Shown here: piece after piece, positions 44,977 to 56,000 of the stretch
Numbering within the stretch: the stretch's first letter is position 1
How the letters are laid out: every line of letters starts with the position of its first letter
Made by a program: the position numbers and the translations under genes
IMG/VR virus record: IMGVR_UViG_3300027708_000013
Reading direction: 5' to 3' (one strand)
Length of the DNA: 64,000 bases
From: a virus
Lineage: Duplodnaviria; Caudoviricetes
The notes under the pieces: model-generated
What the model was told of the DNA's origin: nothing
Seen by the model: the letters and a program-made list of their open reading frames with translations, nothing else
Database searches by the model: none

Positions 44977-45359
44977 TAGTCTCGGAATTTTTGTTGCGAT
45001 TGCACTGCTGTGGAGATTGTGTCATCGGCTGGGGGTTCTTCATCTGACACAAATATAATATCCTTGGGATCAACACGTCGTATAGTGATTTCTTCATCCG
45101 CAATAGAAATTTTTGAACCACGTGTCCAACGACCGTGTTCGACTAGAACCCATTGTCCTGGCGCTACATCTACTTGATCTGGACCCACACGAAATACCTG
45201 TGCCCAACGTGGACGAATTCCTGCTGTTCGACTGTCGTCGCCCAGTAATACAATTCCACTACTGAGTGTGCGACCTGAAAAGTTCATGTCTCTAACTATC
45301 ACTGTGTCCTTGATGGCAGTGATATCCGTTACTGGGGTACTTTCAAATGTTGATGGCAT
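44976..45359 (-). CDS. groES: GroES-like co-chaperonin
   Basis: IKDTVIV, TLSSGIVL, AQVFRVGP, VAPGQWVL. Confidence 0.75.
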   Translation of the reverse strand: MPSTFESTPVTDITAIKDTVIVRDMNFSGRTLSSGIVLLGDDSRTAGIRPRWAQVFRVGPDQVDVAPGQWVLVEHGRWTRGSKISIADEEITIRRVDPKDIIFVSDEEPPADDTISTAVQSQQKFRD

Positions 45360-45368
45360 GTGTTTCCT

Positions 45369-45842
45369 TTAGATGCGTTGAGGGCCTTTTGGGGCTGTGG
45401 GTCTTGGATCAAGTAATTCTTGAGTCACTGTTACTGATTTGGCAATTGAATCAGCCAAACTTCCACGTAACTGTGGTTCTGCATGCGGGTCTGTTACAGA
45501 CTCCGCTGGCGGGTCAAACGACACTCCATTGGGATCTACCTCGGGAATCGCTGGAGCTGGATTCTGTTGTTGTGGTACAGCCTGTCCTTGAGCCGATGGC
45601 ACACCCTGTCGTGCCTGTGCTTGCTCGGTGTGAAACGCTCGTTGATCGTGTGATCTGTTGTTGATTTGATACTGTTGATCCATTGCCTGATTGCGTCCGC
45701 GAACCACAGCACCACCGGATCCCAATTGATCCCCCGCGGCGTTGACTCTCATATTACCAATGGCAATGGTTTTTTCGTTGACCAAACGGATACTGTCCAT
45801 ATCTATGGCCTTGCCTTGTGTTGTTTTGTATATTCTACCCAT
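45369..45842 (-). CDS. Hypothetical late protein with Q/P-rich linker
   Basis: Exact TATAAATA (45866-45873) and AGGAG upstream. Confidence 0.7.
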   Translation of the reverse strand: MGRIYKTTQGKAIDMDSIRLVNEKTIAIGNMRVNAAGDQLGSGGAVVRGRNQAMDQQYQINNRSHDQRAFHTEQAQARQGVPSAQGQAVPQQQNPAPAIPEVDPNGVSFDPPAESVTDPHAEPQLRGSLADSIAKSVTVTQELLDPRPTAPKGPQRI

Positions 45843-45865
45843 GATTGACTCCTGTCTTGTAGTGA

Positions 45866-45873
45866 TATTTATA
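45866..45873 (-). promoter_or_regulatory. T4 late promoter consensus TATAAATA
   Basis: Exact octamer. Confidence 0.7.
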
Positions 45874-45884
45874 AGCTGCTGTTG

Positions 45885-46403
45885 CTATTTTAAAAATTCT
45901 CGAATATCTAAATCGTAATACATGCTATTGATTCTGTGTACACCCATGAGATACAGCACATATGATGCCACACTGGACCCACGACCCAGGCCCCATAATA
46001 CTGAATTCTTTCGCATGACATCTACAAAATATTTTAAGTATCTCAGTAGGTCAAATAAATCACGCTCTTGAAATAATATTAATTCTTCGCCCACACGTTG
46101 CAACTCTGCCTGTGTTGAACATAAATTTAAAACATATTCTGCTATGTCTAACTTTTTATATTCTTCGGGCATGAGCCAACAGCTCTGTCGTGATTGATGG
46201 AACATATCAACATCATAGTTATCGGGATACGGATGATATTCCTGTACCTGCGGTAACTCACTATAGGTTGTTGTAACTGCTGTGTTGTATTGTACATAAT
46301 CCTCAACAGAAAACTTACTCAAATCCAAATTGGGATTTTGATACAACAACTCACAAAGTTCGTCCTCTGTGGTATACGCTTGCCCAAATTTATCGTAGTT
46401 CAT
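45885..46403 (-). CDS. Stand-alone fragment of DNA polymerase III alpha (DnaE)-like protein
   Basis: R...EL..F...LRYLKYFVD.MR...V.WGLGRGSSVAS.VLYLMGV..I...YDL...EFL. Confidence 0.7.
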   Translation of the reverse strand: MNYDKFGQAYTTEDELCELLYQNPNLDLSKFSVEDYVQYNTAVTTTYSELPQVQEYHPYPDNYDVDMFHQSRQSCWLMPEEYKKLDIAEYVLNLCSTQAELQRVGEELILFQERDLFDLLRYLKYFVDVMRKNSVLWGLGRGSSVASYVLYLMGVHRINSMYYDLDIREFLK

Positions 46404-46642
46404 TGTATGTCAATGATACCTTTGAGTCCAGCGTCGTTGACCTTTTTATTCATTTCGTCCATGATCTTACGATTTCTATAACTGATCTCGGTTTGATAAT
46501 CCGCAAGTAACATTTGTATCTGTGGAATGGCACTGACCGGGCCCGATCGATAACACTGACCCAGTCGTTTTTGCAAGTCAGCAAACTTTTGATTCAGTTC
46601 TTCGTCTTTTAAACTGCTTAAATTTTGTGTCAATGGATGCAT
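46400..46642 (-). CDS. Small helical hypothetical protein
   Basis: 80 aa with AGGAG RBS. Confidence 0.65.
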   Translation of the reverse strand: MHPLTQNLSSLKDEELNQKFADLQKRLGQCYRSGPVSAIPQIQMLLADYQTEISYRNRKIMDEMNKKVNDAGLKGIIDIQ

Positions 46643-46666
46643 AAAAGAAAACTCCTGATTTTATAT

Positions 46667-46695
46667 AGTGTATACTATTTTCCACCAGGAGTCAA
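46667..46695 (-). promoter_or_regulatory. Sigma70 promoter TTGACT-N17-TACACT
   Basis: Direct read. Confidence 0.6.
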
Positions 46696-46711
46696 TGATT
46701 TTATTGATTGA

Positions 46712-47929
46712 TTAGAACGTGGACAGTGTGACTTTTTTCCAATTTCCTGATGCAATACAAATATACATACTGGTTCCATCAAAACTAAATTGTCCAGCTA
46801 CTCCGCCCACAGTGGTAGAACTTGAGGGAACAAATGTATTACTGGTAATCAAGTTACCATATAGTTTGGTACTTTGGTCGTTTTCTATGCCCACTGCTTG
46901 GCGTACAAAACTTACAGCATCTGTGCCACCGTCTCTTGCAGTGAGAAAAGCAATATTGCCGCCCAAACCATAAGTTACATTGGAACCAGTTGCGTAAAAT
47001 GCTATAGAACTCACTTGCTGGAATACGTTGCCAGATCCGTTACCAGTAAATGTCACAGCATTGTGGAAACCTAAATAGTCATTGCTGTTGGCCGGAAGGA
47101 TGCTGGGAGTTTGTAAATTCCCTCTACTACTTGTAACAGTATAACCAGACAAGTAACCTGTGTCAATTTTGGAATTGGTTAAATTGGCCAAAGTCAAGTT
47201 GCCCACAGCACTGGTGTTAATAGTTCCTGCGGCAGTAATAATACTTTGTCCAGAATCGTATGCAATGGCAGTGGTGATAGCTGGGCCATATCCTACAAAT
47301 ACAGTGTTGGCCACTGTGTCGTTAAAGTATAAATTTTTGTCACGGATCGAAGCATAGTTGCGATTGCGTTCTGCAATCATTACAGTGACGCCAGCATCTG
47401 TGGTAATAAATTCTAACAGATAATTGCCCGCAGTGTCAAAAGTAATGACGCCGGTGTTGGCATCAGCACCAGCAATGTCAGTTAAGTTAGTATAGGTTGT
47501 GCCCACAGTTACAGTGTGTGCAACATTGGTTATGTTTAACCAAACCACCATACTGCCCAATGTACCTGTTGCAGGCCAATTACTAAAGCCCAGTGTCAAT
47601 GACCCTCCACTGACAATCTTTTGAAAGTTTCCGGTACTAAAGTCCAGTGTAACTGCTCCACTTAATGTACCGCGATTGTTAAATGTGTAGCTGGCACCTG
47701 TCAGTGCCAAGCCAGCAATGGCCGCACCGCCCATGCTGTTGTTTAAAGCCTGTCCAGTCAATGCCGATTTTAGTAAAACTTTAGATTGCAAGTCACTGAT
47801 TTCTGTGTATGCTGTGCTAAAATTAGTACTAGTATTGGTAAAATTGTCTCTGAAACCTTGACTGTCGTTGTCTTGTCCGGCCACAGGGTATGTGCCGTCA
47901 ATGTTAAAAGGATTAATGTTTGATGCCAT
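46712..47929 (-). CDS. Virion structural protein (fibre/baseplate-associated)
   Basis: N-terminal QGFRDNF.NT..NF coiled anchor; G/T/N-rich beta repeats; late motif at 47955. Confidence 0.6.
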   Translation of the reverse strand: MASNINPFNIDGTYPVAGQDNDSQGFRDNFTNTSTNFSTAYTEISDLQSKVLLKSALTGQALNNSMGGAAIAGLALTGASYTFNNRGTLSGAVTLDFSTGNFQKIVSGGSLTLGFSNWPATGTLGSMVVWLNITNVAHTVTVGTTYTNLTDIAGADANTGVITFDTAGNYLLEFITTDAGVTVMIAERNRNYASIRDKNLYFNDTVANTVFVGYGPAITTAIAYDSGQSIITAAGTINTSAVGNLTLANLTNSKIDTGYLSGYTVTSSRGNLQTPSILPANSNDYLGFHNAVTFTGNGSGNVFQQVSSIAFYATGSNVTYGLGGNIAFLTARDGGTDAVSFVRQAVGIENDQSTKLYGNLITSNTFVPSSSTTVGGVAGQFSFDGTSMYICIASGNWKKVTLSTF

Positions 47930-47986
47930 TGTGTGAATGCTCCAGTATTAGTTTTATTTAGCTTGTTTTACAAGGGTGTTGCATAT

Positions 47987-50782
47987 TTATTGCAATATTG
48001 TGGTTTTGGGAAATTTTAAATAACTGTCGCCGGTTTCGGGGTCGGCATAACTGTCGCGTCGAGCAATAAATTTAGTATAACTCTTGTCAAACACAGTGGG
48101 CGATGCAATTCCATTATTAACAGCACTGTAAGATGGAACTCCAGTGCCTGGCTTTAAAGTGGGATCATACAACACAATACTGCTGGCATGAGTTGACCCT
48201 AAATTTACCTGTATTTTTTGTCCCAATTCAACAGTGTTTACAAAAGTTAAAGTTATGATATCAGTGGCAGAATCGATGTTGATTCGCCAAATGCCAGCTC
48301 GTTGATTTGGTACACTGGAATTATAAGTATGTTCCAGATAGCCGGTTACCAATGATCCGTTGGCATACAACCATCCATCGTTGGCTGTTGCTGGGACAAA
48401 ATTTTCTTGTTGGAAGAAAATCATACTTTGTCCATCTAAGATTCTTACGACTCCATCAAGGCCGCCCAAGGCCTGTACTGACGCTAGGGTACTGTTGTTT
48501 ATTTTATTAAACGGTATTCCCGACACAGCGTAGTCCACTGTGCCAGCTGTTGTGCCCACTCTTCGTATGGTATCAAATGTAGTATTCTTTATACTGAATG
48601 TTATTCCGTAATAAACATCATTGGCAATGTCAAAGTTTTTACTTAACAAGTTATCCAGGTCATATCTATCAGCTACAAAATTAATACTGTTAAATGTTAT
48701 GCCATTGGCCCGTAGTCTATAAGCAATTAAATCACTGGCTCCGGGCACAGTGTAGGCCAGCACTATGGCATTGGTAAATCCCAATACCTTCTGGTCGGCC
48801 TGCGGACTGGTCATCCACGCAGGCAAAGCTCCTTGATGTGAATACCCTAGGTTGCTGGATACAGCTGATTGCATGTTTTTAAAGCTGTTGGGATACACGT
48901 TGCCAGAAAAATTAGTGTAGTTTAAATAGGCAACATCGGCGGGACTGGCACCATTGTAAGTATTGAGATCTATCAATGGTACATAAACCACTTCGTACTT
49001 GACATTGAAATTTGCATCTACAGCTCTAGCAGTACGCACATCTCCAAACTCAATACGTTTGTTAAAGTGATTGGTTCCCATGGCTGTTATGTATTCTGAC
49101 AGAGTACTGGGAGATATGCCGGCCAATGCCAACGATCTGATATCACTGGCACGACCAAACCATGGATCCTGCGATCTATAAATTAAATTATCCGGGAATA
49201 TGTTTTTATTATTAACCACACTCAAGAATGTATTGCGTTGATCCAAGGTAGGCAATGCTTTTAAATATAAATTTTCGTAAGGTTTTTTATTGTAGTTGTT
49301 TAATCTAACTGTAAATGTTTGAGTACTGCTAACAGTGCCATCTGTGGCGGAGGCCAGCACTGTGAATGTACAGGTGTTGTCAAATGTTGTAGTGACACCG
49401 TCAACCGTGGTAGCACCGGCATCTAACGAAAAATATTCAAAAGTGGTTCTACCTGATATCAATCCTGTTGATAATAATTTTAAACCCTGAGGTAAACGAC
49501 TGATAGCTGTGTCATCTGTTACTCCATAATTTCTAATAGTTCTTAAACTATACGGAGCCAAGCTGTATACTAATTTTTTGCCCAAGGAACTAACAGCCGA
49601 AACTGCCAGTTCACTAACAGCACCATTGTCAATGACGCCAAGATCCTGGGCTGTGGTCCAAGTTATATTATTTGTTACATCACCCAACACAGTTAAACTA
49701 TATGATATCAAGGCACTGGCATAAGAGGAATTAGAGGCCTTGTAAGCAGACACACTAAATTGATACGTTAAGGAATTTTCAGTCTGTACAGGTATAGAAC
49801 CCGACAACCAACCAGTTAAACTATCCATGATTAATCCTGGTGGCAGACTTAAAGATTGTTGATCAAATCCCGTAGAATCAAATGCCGCCACTGTGGGCAC
49901 ATCTTGATCAAAACTGCTGGTGCCTTGTGTGGTTAATAAAAATAAAATATCATCGCCATTGGCATCAAATGCCGAAAACTGGAATGCAAATTTACTATTA
50001 GATCTAGTGCTGGGTAAAGCTCCAGGAGTAGTAAGCACAACCGGATTATAAATGTTATCGTGATCAATGGTGAGATATCCGTCACTGACAAAATCTAAAT
50101 CATCATCGGCTGTCCAACTGCCTTTGGCAGTGACTCGAAACAAGTAGGAAAAACTGTCATAGTTGGATCCATCAAATACTGTAACTGTGAATTCATAATT
50201 TTGATTGCTGTATACGGGTGCATTGTTATACCCAAATTCATTATACGGTGCATTGCTGTAGCCCAACAATCCAGCGTCACCTGACACAGGAATAGGATAT
50301 ATGTAACCTGATATTAATCCCGAACTGGACAAGCTCAACCCAACGGGTAATGCACCATTGGTCAAGGTCCACGTCAGCGGAGCAGAGGGATTAACTCTAG
50401 TGGCATTTAATTGTATTCCTGACACCAAGGTACCATCAAAATAATCACCAAGATAAGTGGTTCTTGGAATAATCTGTGGCGGCACAACATTGCTGACCGT
50501 CATGTTAAAGGTTCTGTCAGCAACTCGATTTTGTGTGTTTTTAGCACGTACAGTGAATTCATAACTGCGATTCTGTGGCCCGGTGGCATTGACTATCACC
50601 GGCACACCTTGCAGTAGTCCCCCACTGGTAACTCGCATTCCAGGTGGAGTTTGCCCAGATATTAAAGTGTAAGCAATGGCAGACCCGCCTGGATCAGTGG
50701 CACTGAGCACAAATTCAGTGAAGTTGTTTTCAGGAACTATTCCTAAACTTCCTGCTGAGGTATTCCAAACGGGATATGCCAT
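47987..50782 (-). CDS. Baseplate wedge-like protein with Ig/cadherin-like repeats
   Basis: Repeated Y.L..G.LP.GL.L...GLISG...Y.F.V.A units. Confidence 0.65.
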   Translation of the reverse strand: MAYPVWNTSAGSLGIVPENNFTEFVLSATDPGGSAIAYTLISGQTPPGMRVTSGGLLQGVPVIVNATGPQNRSYEFTVRAKNTQNRVADRTFNMTVSNVVPPQIIPRTTYLGDYFDGTLVSGIQLNATRVNPSAPLTWTLTNGALPVGLSLSSSGLISGYIYPIPVSGDAGLLGYSNAPYNEFGYNNAPVYSNQNYEFTVTVFDGSNYDSFSYLFRVTAKGSWTADDDLDFVSDGYLTIDHDNIYNPVVLTTPGALPSTRSNSKFAFQFSAFDANGDDILFLLTTQGTSSFDQDVPTVAAFDSTGFDQQSLSLPPGLIMDSLTGWLSGSIPVQTENSLTYQFSVSAYKASNSSYASALISYSLTVLGDVTNNITWTTAQDLGVIDNGAVSELAVSAVSSLGKKLVYSLAPYSLRTIRNYGVTDDTAISRLPQGLKLLSTGLISGRTTFEYFSLDAGATTVDGVTTTFDNTCTFTVLASATDGTVSSTQTFTVRLNNYNKKPYENLYLKALPTLDQRNTFLSVVNNKNIFPDNLIYRSQDPWFGRASDIRSLALAGISPSTLSEYITAMGTNHFNKRIEFGDVRTARAVDANFNVKYEVVYVPLIDLNTYNGASPADVAYLNYTNFSGNVYPNSFKNMQSAVSSNLGYSHQGALPAWMTSPQADQKVLGFTNAIVLAYTVPGASDLIAYRLRANGITFNSINFVADRYDLDNLLSKNFDIANDVYYGITFSIKNTTFDTIRRVGTTAGTVDYAVSGIPFNKINNSTLASVQALGGLDGVVRILDGQSMIFFQQENFVPATANDGWLYANGSLVTGYLEHTYNSSVPNQRAGIWRINIDSATDIITLTFVNTVELGQKIQVNLGSTHASSIVLYDPTLKPGTGVPSYSAVNNGIASPTVFDKSYTKFIARRDSYADPETGDSYLKFPKTTILQ

Positions 50783-50790
50783 TGTGGGCC

Positions 50791-52191
50791 TTAAAGTATC
50801 ACAGCTTCGACCAACTTAACACCCGAGTCGGCATTGGTTTCCAATGCCACAGCAAACACTGTGTTTGAGTGTGCAACATCAACCACAGCACACCCATTGC
50901 TGGATGCAATTAATCGTTGTCCTTTGCGAACAGCACCGGTGACCGATACCGGAACACGACCTTTCAGTGCTATGTAAGTACCGCCCGCCAGCTCGGAATT
51001 CATCATGTAGGCTGGATTGGCAGAAACAACACCAATGGCCAAGTCTCCCGAGCTACATGCAGTCACTTCTGCGTCGCCACCTACAGCAACTACAGTGCCC
51101 ACAGGATACTCTTGATCTGCTAGATATTTTTCTGCCAAGTCAGCATATTGTGCCTGTACCGCTTTACCGTATATTGTTGCCCACCAAGCAGTGGTACTTC
51201 CTAAATTAATTGACGCATTGGCACTGGGTAATATTGTGCCCGACACAGTTAATCCGGTCAGTGTGCCGACTGAAGTTATGTTTGTTTGTGCGGCGGTACT
51301 TATGTTACCAGTTAACGTTGCACCTGAGTTACCAATGGTAGCGGCGTTTACTGTTGCGGCTATGACAGTACCAGATGCTGTGAATGATGATCCAGTTACC
51401 GTAGCACCTGCATTACCAATTGTGGCAGCATTTACAGTTGCGGCAATAACAGTACCCGATGTTGTTAACCCTGTCAATGTACCAACCGAAGTTAAACTTG
51501 ATGCAACTACATTAGAAGCCAGGGTCGTGCCAGTCAATGTACCAGCTGGTGCTACCACAGCGGCAGTGCCGCTGTAAACAACACGACCATATACATCAGT
51601 GGTAATTACAGGAATAGCAGTACTGGAGCCCACTGATGCGGATCCAGGACCTGTGGGAGTTAAACTTAAGCTAGTGCCAGTCACAGTGATGTTGCCGGCG
51701 CCAGAGCTGTAATAAGCAGTGGCGTAGGCAACACCGTTGCCGGACCAATATAGTCCAGTTGTGATTACTACTGAATTTGAATAGGCTGAGCCATTGGCAT
51801 AAATGTTTCCACCCACGCCCATGCCACCTGTGATGACCACTGCACCTGTGGTAGTAGATGTACTGGAAGTTGCTGCTTGGAAATTGGCTTGACTGGGAAC
51901 ATTACCACCAGTAAAACTTGCCGCCGCTGTGGCCACTGGGCTACCGTCAACATACAAGCCACCACCGGCAGTGGTGTAAGCATCCAGTCGCCCAATCACT
52001 CGATTTGTCACTGCAATATTAGCAAACACTCCGTACGCAGTGTTGGCATAGGTAGCATTAATATTGTCAACCACAGTGGCCAAGTTGCTGGTGTTGTTGT
52101 TGACTTTATTAAATGCTGCGTAAATACTATCGCCGGTACCGCTGTTGGGGTTTCCTAAGCTGGTGTTGATTGTGGTAATTGCTACGCCCAT
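50791..52191 (-). CDS. Tail fibre-like protein with C-terminal ADLAE chaperone/peptidase-like domain
   Basis: gp9/gp10-like N-term GTGDSI..AF.K.N; T/G-rich repeats; AQYADLAEKY, IALKGRVP. Confidence 0.65.
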   Translation of the reverse strand: MGVAITTINTSLGNPNSGTGDSIYAAFNKVNNNTSNLATVVDNINATYANTAYGVFANIAVTNRVIGRLDAYTTAGGGLYVDGSPVATAAASFTGGNVPSQANFQAATSSTSTTTGAVVITGGMGVGGNIYANGSAYSNSVVITTGLYWSGNGVAYATAYYSSGAGNITVTGTSLSLTPTGPGSASVGSSTAIPVITTDVYGRVVYSGTAAVVAPAGTLTGTTLASNVVASSLTSVGTLTGLTTSGTVIAATVNAATIGNAGATVTGSSFTASGTVIAATVNAATIGNSGATLTGNISTAAQTNITSVGTLTGLTVSGTILPSANASINLGSTTAWWATIYGKAVQAQYADLAEKYLADQEYPVGTVVAVGGDAEVTACSSGDLAIGVVSANPAYMMNSELAGGTYIALKGRVPVSVTGAVRKGQRLIASSNGCAVVDVAHSNTVFAVALETNADSGVKLVEAVIL

Positions 52192-52259
52192 AGTGTCTTT
52201 TCCAAATATTATTAGTATTTAGCCTGATAGATTAGTTAGAGCTCGCAGTGATTCGTGTA

Positions 52260-53006
52260 TTAATAGCCAAATCTTGTTTTGTAAGTGGCATGTTCTGCCT
52301 GTATCTGTGCCAAGGTCAATTCTCCGTTCCACACTTTGACAAATCCCACATCCGCATCCACTTGTTCTGTGCTGGTAGTGGCATTTAAATATCTTCCAAA
52401 CAATCTCAATCCGTTGAATCCGTTGTTGGTAGTGCCAGTACCGTATGTGGCGCTGGGGGCTGTGTTGGTTGCTATGTAACTTTTTGCTTTGCTTGCACCA
52501 GCAGATCCACTATTAGTGAACCATATAAAATGCCAAGCAGTGTCTGCTGTGGTAGTGGTGCCGACAAAAGCATCACCATAGGCAACGTTCATTGATCCGC
52601 CATTGCCACTCCACAGGCCCATTAAAAAATCAGGTGTTGCTGAGTTAGCATTAAGTAACCTATTGATGGTACTTCCATTCCACTTGTAGGCCATACCCAC
52701 AGTAAATGCTTGTGTGCCACTGCTGTAGTCGGGACCAAAAGTCAAGAAGTCAGCGGTGCTGGCAGTGGTGACTCTAAACACACCACCATTGGCACTGTTC
52801 CACGAAATTCTAGGTGTGGGATTCACCACATTGATGGTGTAGGCACCTGTGCCTGCTATGGTACTGCCATTGACAGGAACAGCACTATAGTTGGCTGCAT
52901 CCAAATTAAGTACTAGGTTAGGTGCCGCTGATGTTGCTACTACCGCAGGAGTTTTGTAAATACGCCCGAGTGGAGATTGATACGCAGTAAATCTCGCTAG
53001 TTTCAT
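52260..53006 (-). CDS. LamG/concanavalin-A-like carbohydrate-binding domain protein
   Basis: LVLNLDAANYS, FTVGMAYK, WHFIWFT, VKVWNGELTLAQIQAEH. Confidence 0.65.
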   Translation of the reverse strand: MKLARFTAYQSPLGRIYKTPAVVATSAAPNLVLNLDAANYSAVPVNGSTIAGTGAYTINVVNPTPRISWNSANGGVFRVTTASTADFLTFGPDYSSGTQAFTVGMAYKWNGSTINRLLNANSATPDFLMGLWSGNGGSMNVAYGDAFVGTTTTADTAWHFIWFTNSGSAGASKAKSYIATNTAPSATYGTGTTNNGFNGLRLFGRYLNATTSTEQVDADVGFVKVWNGELTLAQIQAEHATYKTRFGY

Positions 53007-56000
53007 TATGCGTAGTTGCTCTGCTGTCCCAATATACGGTAGGAGCCGTTGTTTAGATTGATTAAACTGATGCTGATGACATCGGTGTTGCTGGCAGTGC
53101 CAGTGGGCACTGTGGCCCCGGCCCATCGTATGTTGCTGACTGTGCCGCCGGCAAACTGTATGTTGGCAATACGGTAGGGAGTAGCACCTTGGTCAACTAT
53201 CACAGTAAAGCCGGCAGTGGTAAAGGCCGTATTGCTGATGTTAACAATATTTGCTGTGACATTGGCAGTGAGTGTGGCATAGTACACTCCACCGTTGATG
53301 AAGTTAAGTGTTAGGTTACCACCTGTGTTGCTTACGTTGCTGTAAGTTTCGTAGTAAGAACCTTGTTGGAATGTGTTGCCCACCAATGTAGTAGTACCGG
53401 TATGGTATGTGTTTGCATTTACATTTAAATTACCACCAACTGCCAAGTTACCAGCAACACCGGCACCACCTGCCACATACAATGCACCTGCAGTTCCTAT
53501 AGTAGTTCCAGTTCCCACGGTTGTGTTACTCAACACCAAGCTACCCAGCTGAGCATTGCCAAATGTACCTGTGACATTGCTATTTGTTTCTGTGGCACTT
53601 ATCAAATATTGCAGTGTTCTTGTAGAGTTTTCCAATCCCAAGAATGCCAAACTGTCTACACCATTGTAGTAGTGCATACGTAGGCCCACGTCCTTACCAT
53701 CATCCACTGCCCAAGCGGCCAAGTTACCATAGGTGTGTAAATCTAATATGCTATCGTAAATTGTAACCTGTCCTGCATCAACAGCAAGGTTGCCAGTTAA
53801 AGAAGTAACACCGTTGACAGTGACATTACCTGTGTATGTTGCTGTGGTGCCAATTGCGTTACCGTAGTGTGCGCCGATTAAGTTACCGGCTGTGATGTTG
53901 GCTGTGGTTGATATAGTTGCTGTTGTCAAATAGGCACTGACATTGGTATTGCTATACGTTCCACTGCCAGCAGCAATGGTGGTTAAAATATTAACACCAT
54001 TGGCAAACAAGTAATTTGGAGCAATAACATTGCCGCCAATGGTGATGTTGCCAGCCACACCAGCTCCGCCTTTGACAACCAATGCACCAGAGTTAACGTT
54101 GGCACTAGTTGTAGTAGCTGGAATTACAATATTTCCTTCACTACCAATTCTTAAAGATTCAACAGCAACATTTGAACTATTTCTTATAGTAGTAACTGTG
54201 GCGTAAACTCCGGTTGAACTGTTGGTAAAATTCTCATCTGCGTATACATTTAATCCAGCACCGGAGTTGGCATTATATCCCGATAATCCATATCCTTTGA
54301 CAACAAAAAATCCCAATCTATCTCCCAACTGAACAGCCGATGGGACAGCGGTGGTTCCTCTGGCATGTCTAAGACTGATACCAGATGCTGTGGCTGTACC
54401 AAAACTATCTATACCTAGAACAGCATTTACAGCAGTGGCACCATTTATATGTAGAATAGCATTATTGTTAGATATAGGAGCATCAGTGGTTGCGTTGAGA
54501 GTAAGTATACTGTCAGCTGAAGCCAATGCATTGCCTAAACCCAATAATAAGTTGCCACGAATAGTGTGTAATGAATAATTATATGATCCAACATTGATAT
54601 TGCCCAGCACACCCATGCCACCATTCACCACCAATGCGCCGGTGGTGTTGTTGACCGGAGCAGTTCCTGGATTGTAAATGCTTACTGCAACGTTGGCAGT
54701 ATTGGCCCCACCAGCGATAAATTTGATATTGGTTCCCGGGGTAGCAGTACCAATGACTAAATTACCTCCAGGCGATCCACCGGTGATGTTGCCCTGTGCA
54801 TAAAGATAAGCATCATTGATGTTGAGCACTGTGCCCAAGCTGTTGTTGGGATTCAATCCGTTGTAATTGCTACCAGCAATGCCTAAATCAACAAAGTATG
54901 TGGTATCTGAGCCATTGTTGGCAGTGGCTATGTAATCAGTAGTGCTTTGATTTCCCAAACTGATATTTTGTATGTTTAGTTGAGAATAACTGTTGGAGTT
55001 GGTGGTAAATTGAGCTAGGTAGTAGGGAACTACAGAGTATCCAGACTGTAATCCAGCTGTGATGGGCTTAAAACCGGTCACCGGATCGCCCGACGGTGTG
55101 ATGTGATTGGCTGAAATATTACCTGTGTACACAGGCAAATAACTTGCCACTGTTGCGTTACTGTATCCGCTTACACTGTAAGTTGCATTGGCGTAGGTAT
55201 AAAAACTTCCAACATTGGCATCTAGGGTTTGAATACGTGTGTTGGCCGCAGTGACTTGTGAAGTTAAGGTGCCGGTTGCACTTTGCCAGTTTTGTGTATC
55301 AGCAGCGTTTACTTGATCCACATAATTTTTTAATGCTGTGTTGGCAGTGACTATTGCGGCATTGGCACCTTGTATCTGACTCAGTTGGGAAACAGCATTG
55401 GCATCAACATAGCTCTTCATTGCTGTGTTGGCTGTTACAATAGCGGCGTTAGCACCACTGATGCTCAAGTTGGCAGCAACAATGTTTGAACTCATTGCAA
55501 CATTCAGTGTGTTGACATAACTAACCACAGCCGAGTTAGCAGACACAATAGCGGCGTTGGCACCAGCAATGGCGTCACTTTGAACCCCGGCATTGGCAAA
55601 CAAGGTGGCAAGGTTACCGGCTTGAACAGCGGCATTGGCTGTCCATGCAGAAACAATGGCACTATCTCGTGCATCAACGTAAACTGTCATTGAAGAATTA
55701 GAACTATACACCTGCGAGTCAGTATAGGCTCTCAGTGTGACGTTGGCAGTGGAGATCTGTGTGTCTGTGTAGGATTTAAGTGCGGCATTGGCTGACACAA
55801 TAGCACTATTGGCACCAGAGACATTGCTGGCCATAGCAGAATTTAGTGTGTTGACATAGGCAACTACAGAGGAATTGGCAGTGACTATGGCACTGTTGGC
55901 AGCGGTAATTTGTGCCAACTGTGCAACTGCGTTGGCTGTCCACGCGGCAGTAACTGATGAAATTTGATCATTCACATAAGACGTTGTAGCAGTGTTGGCA

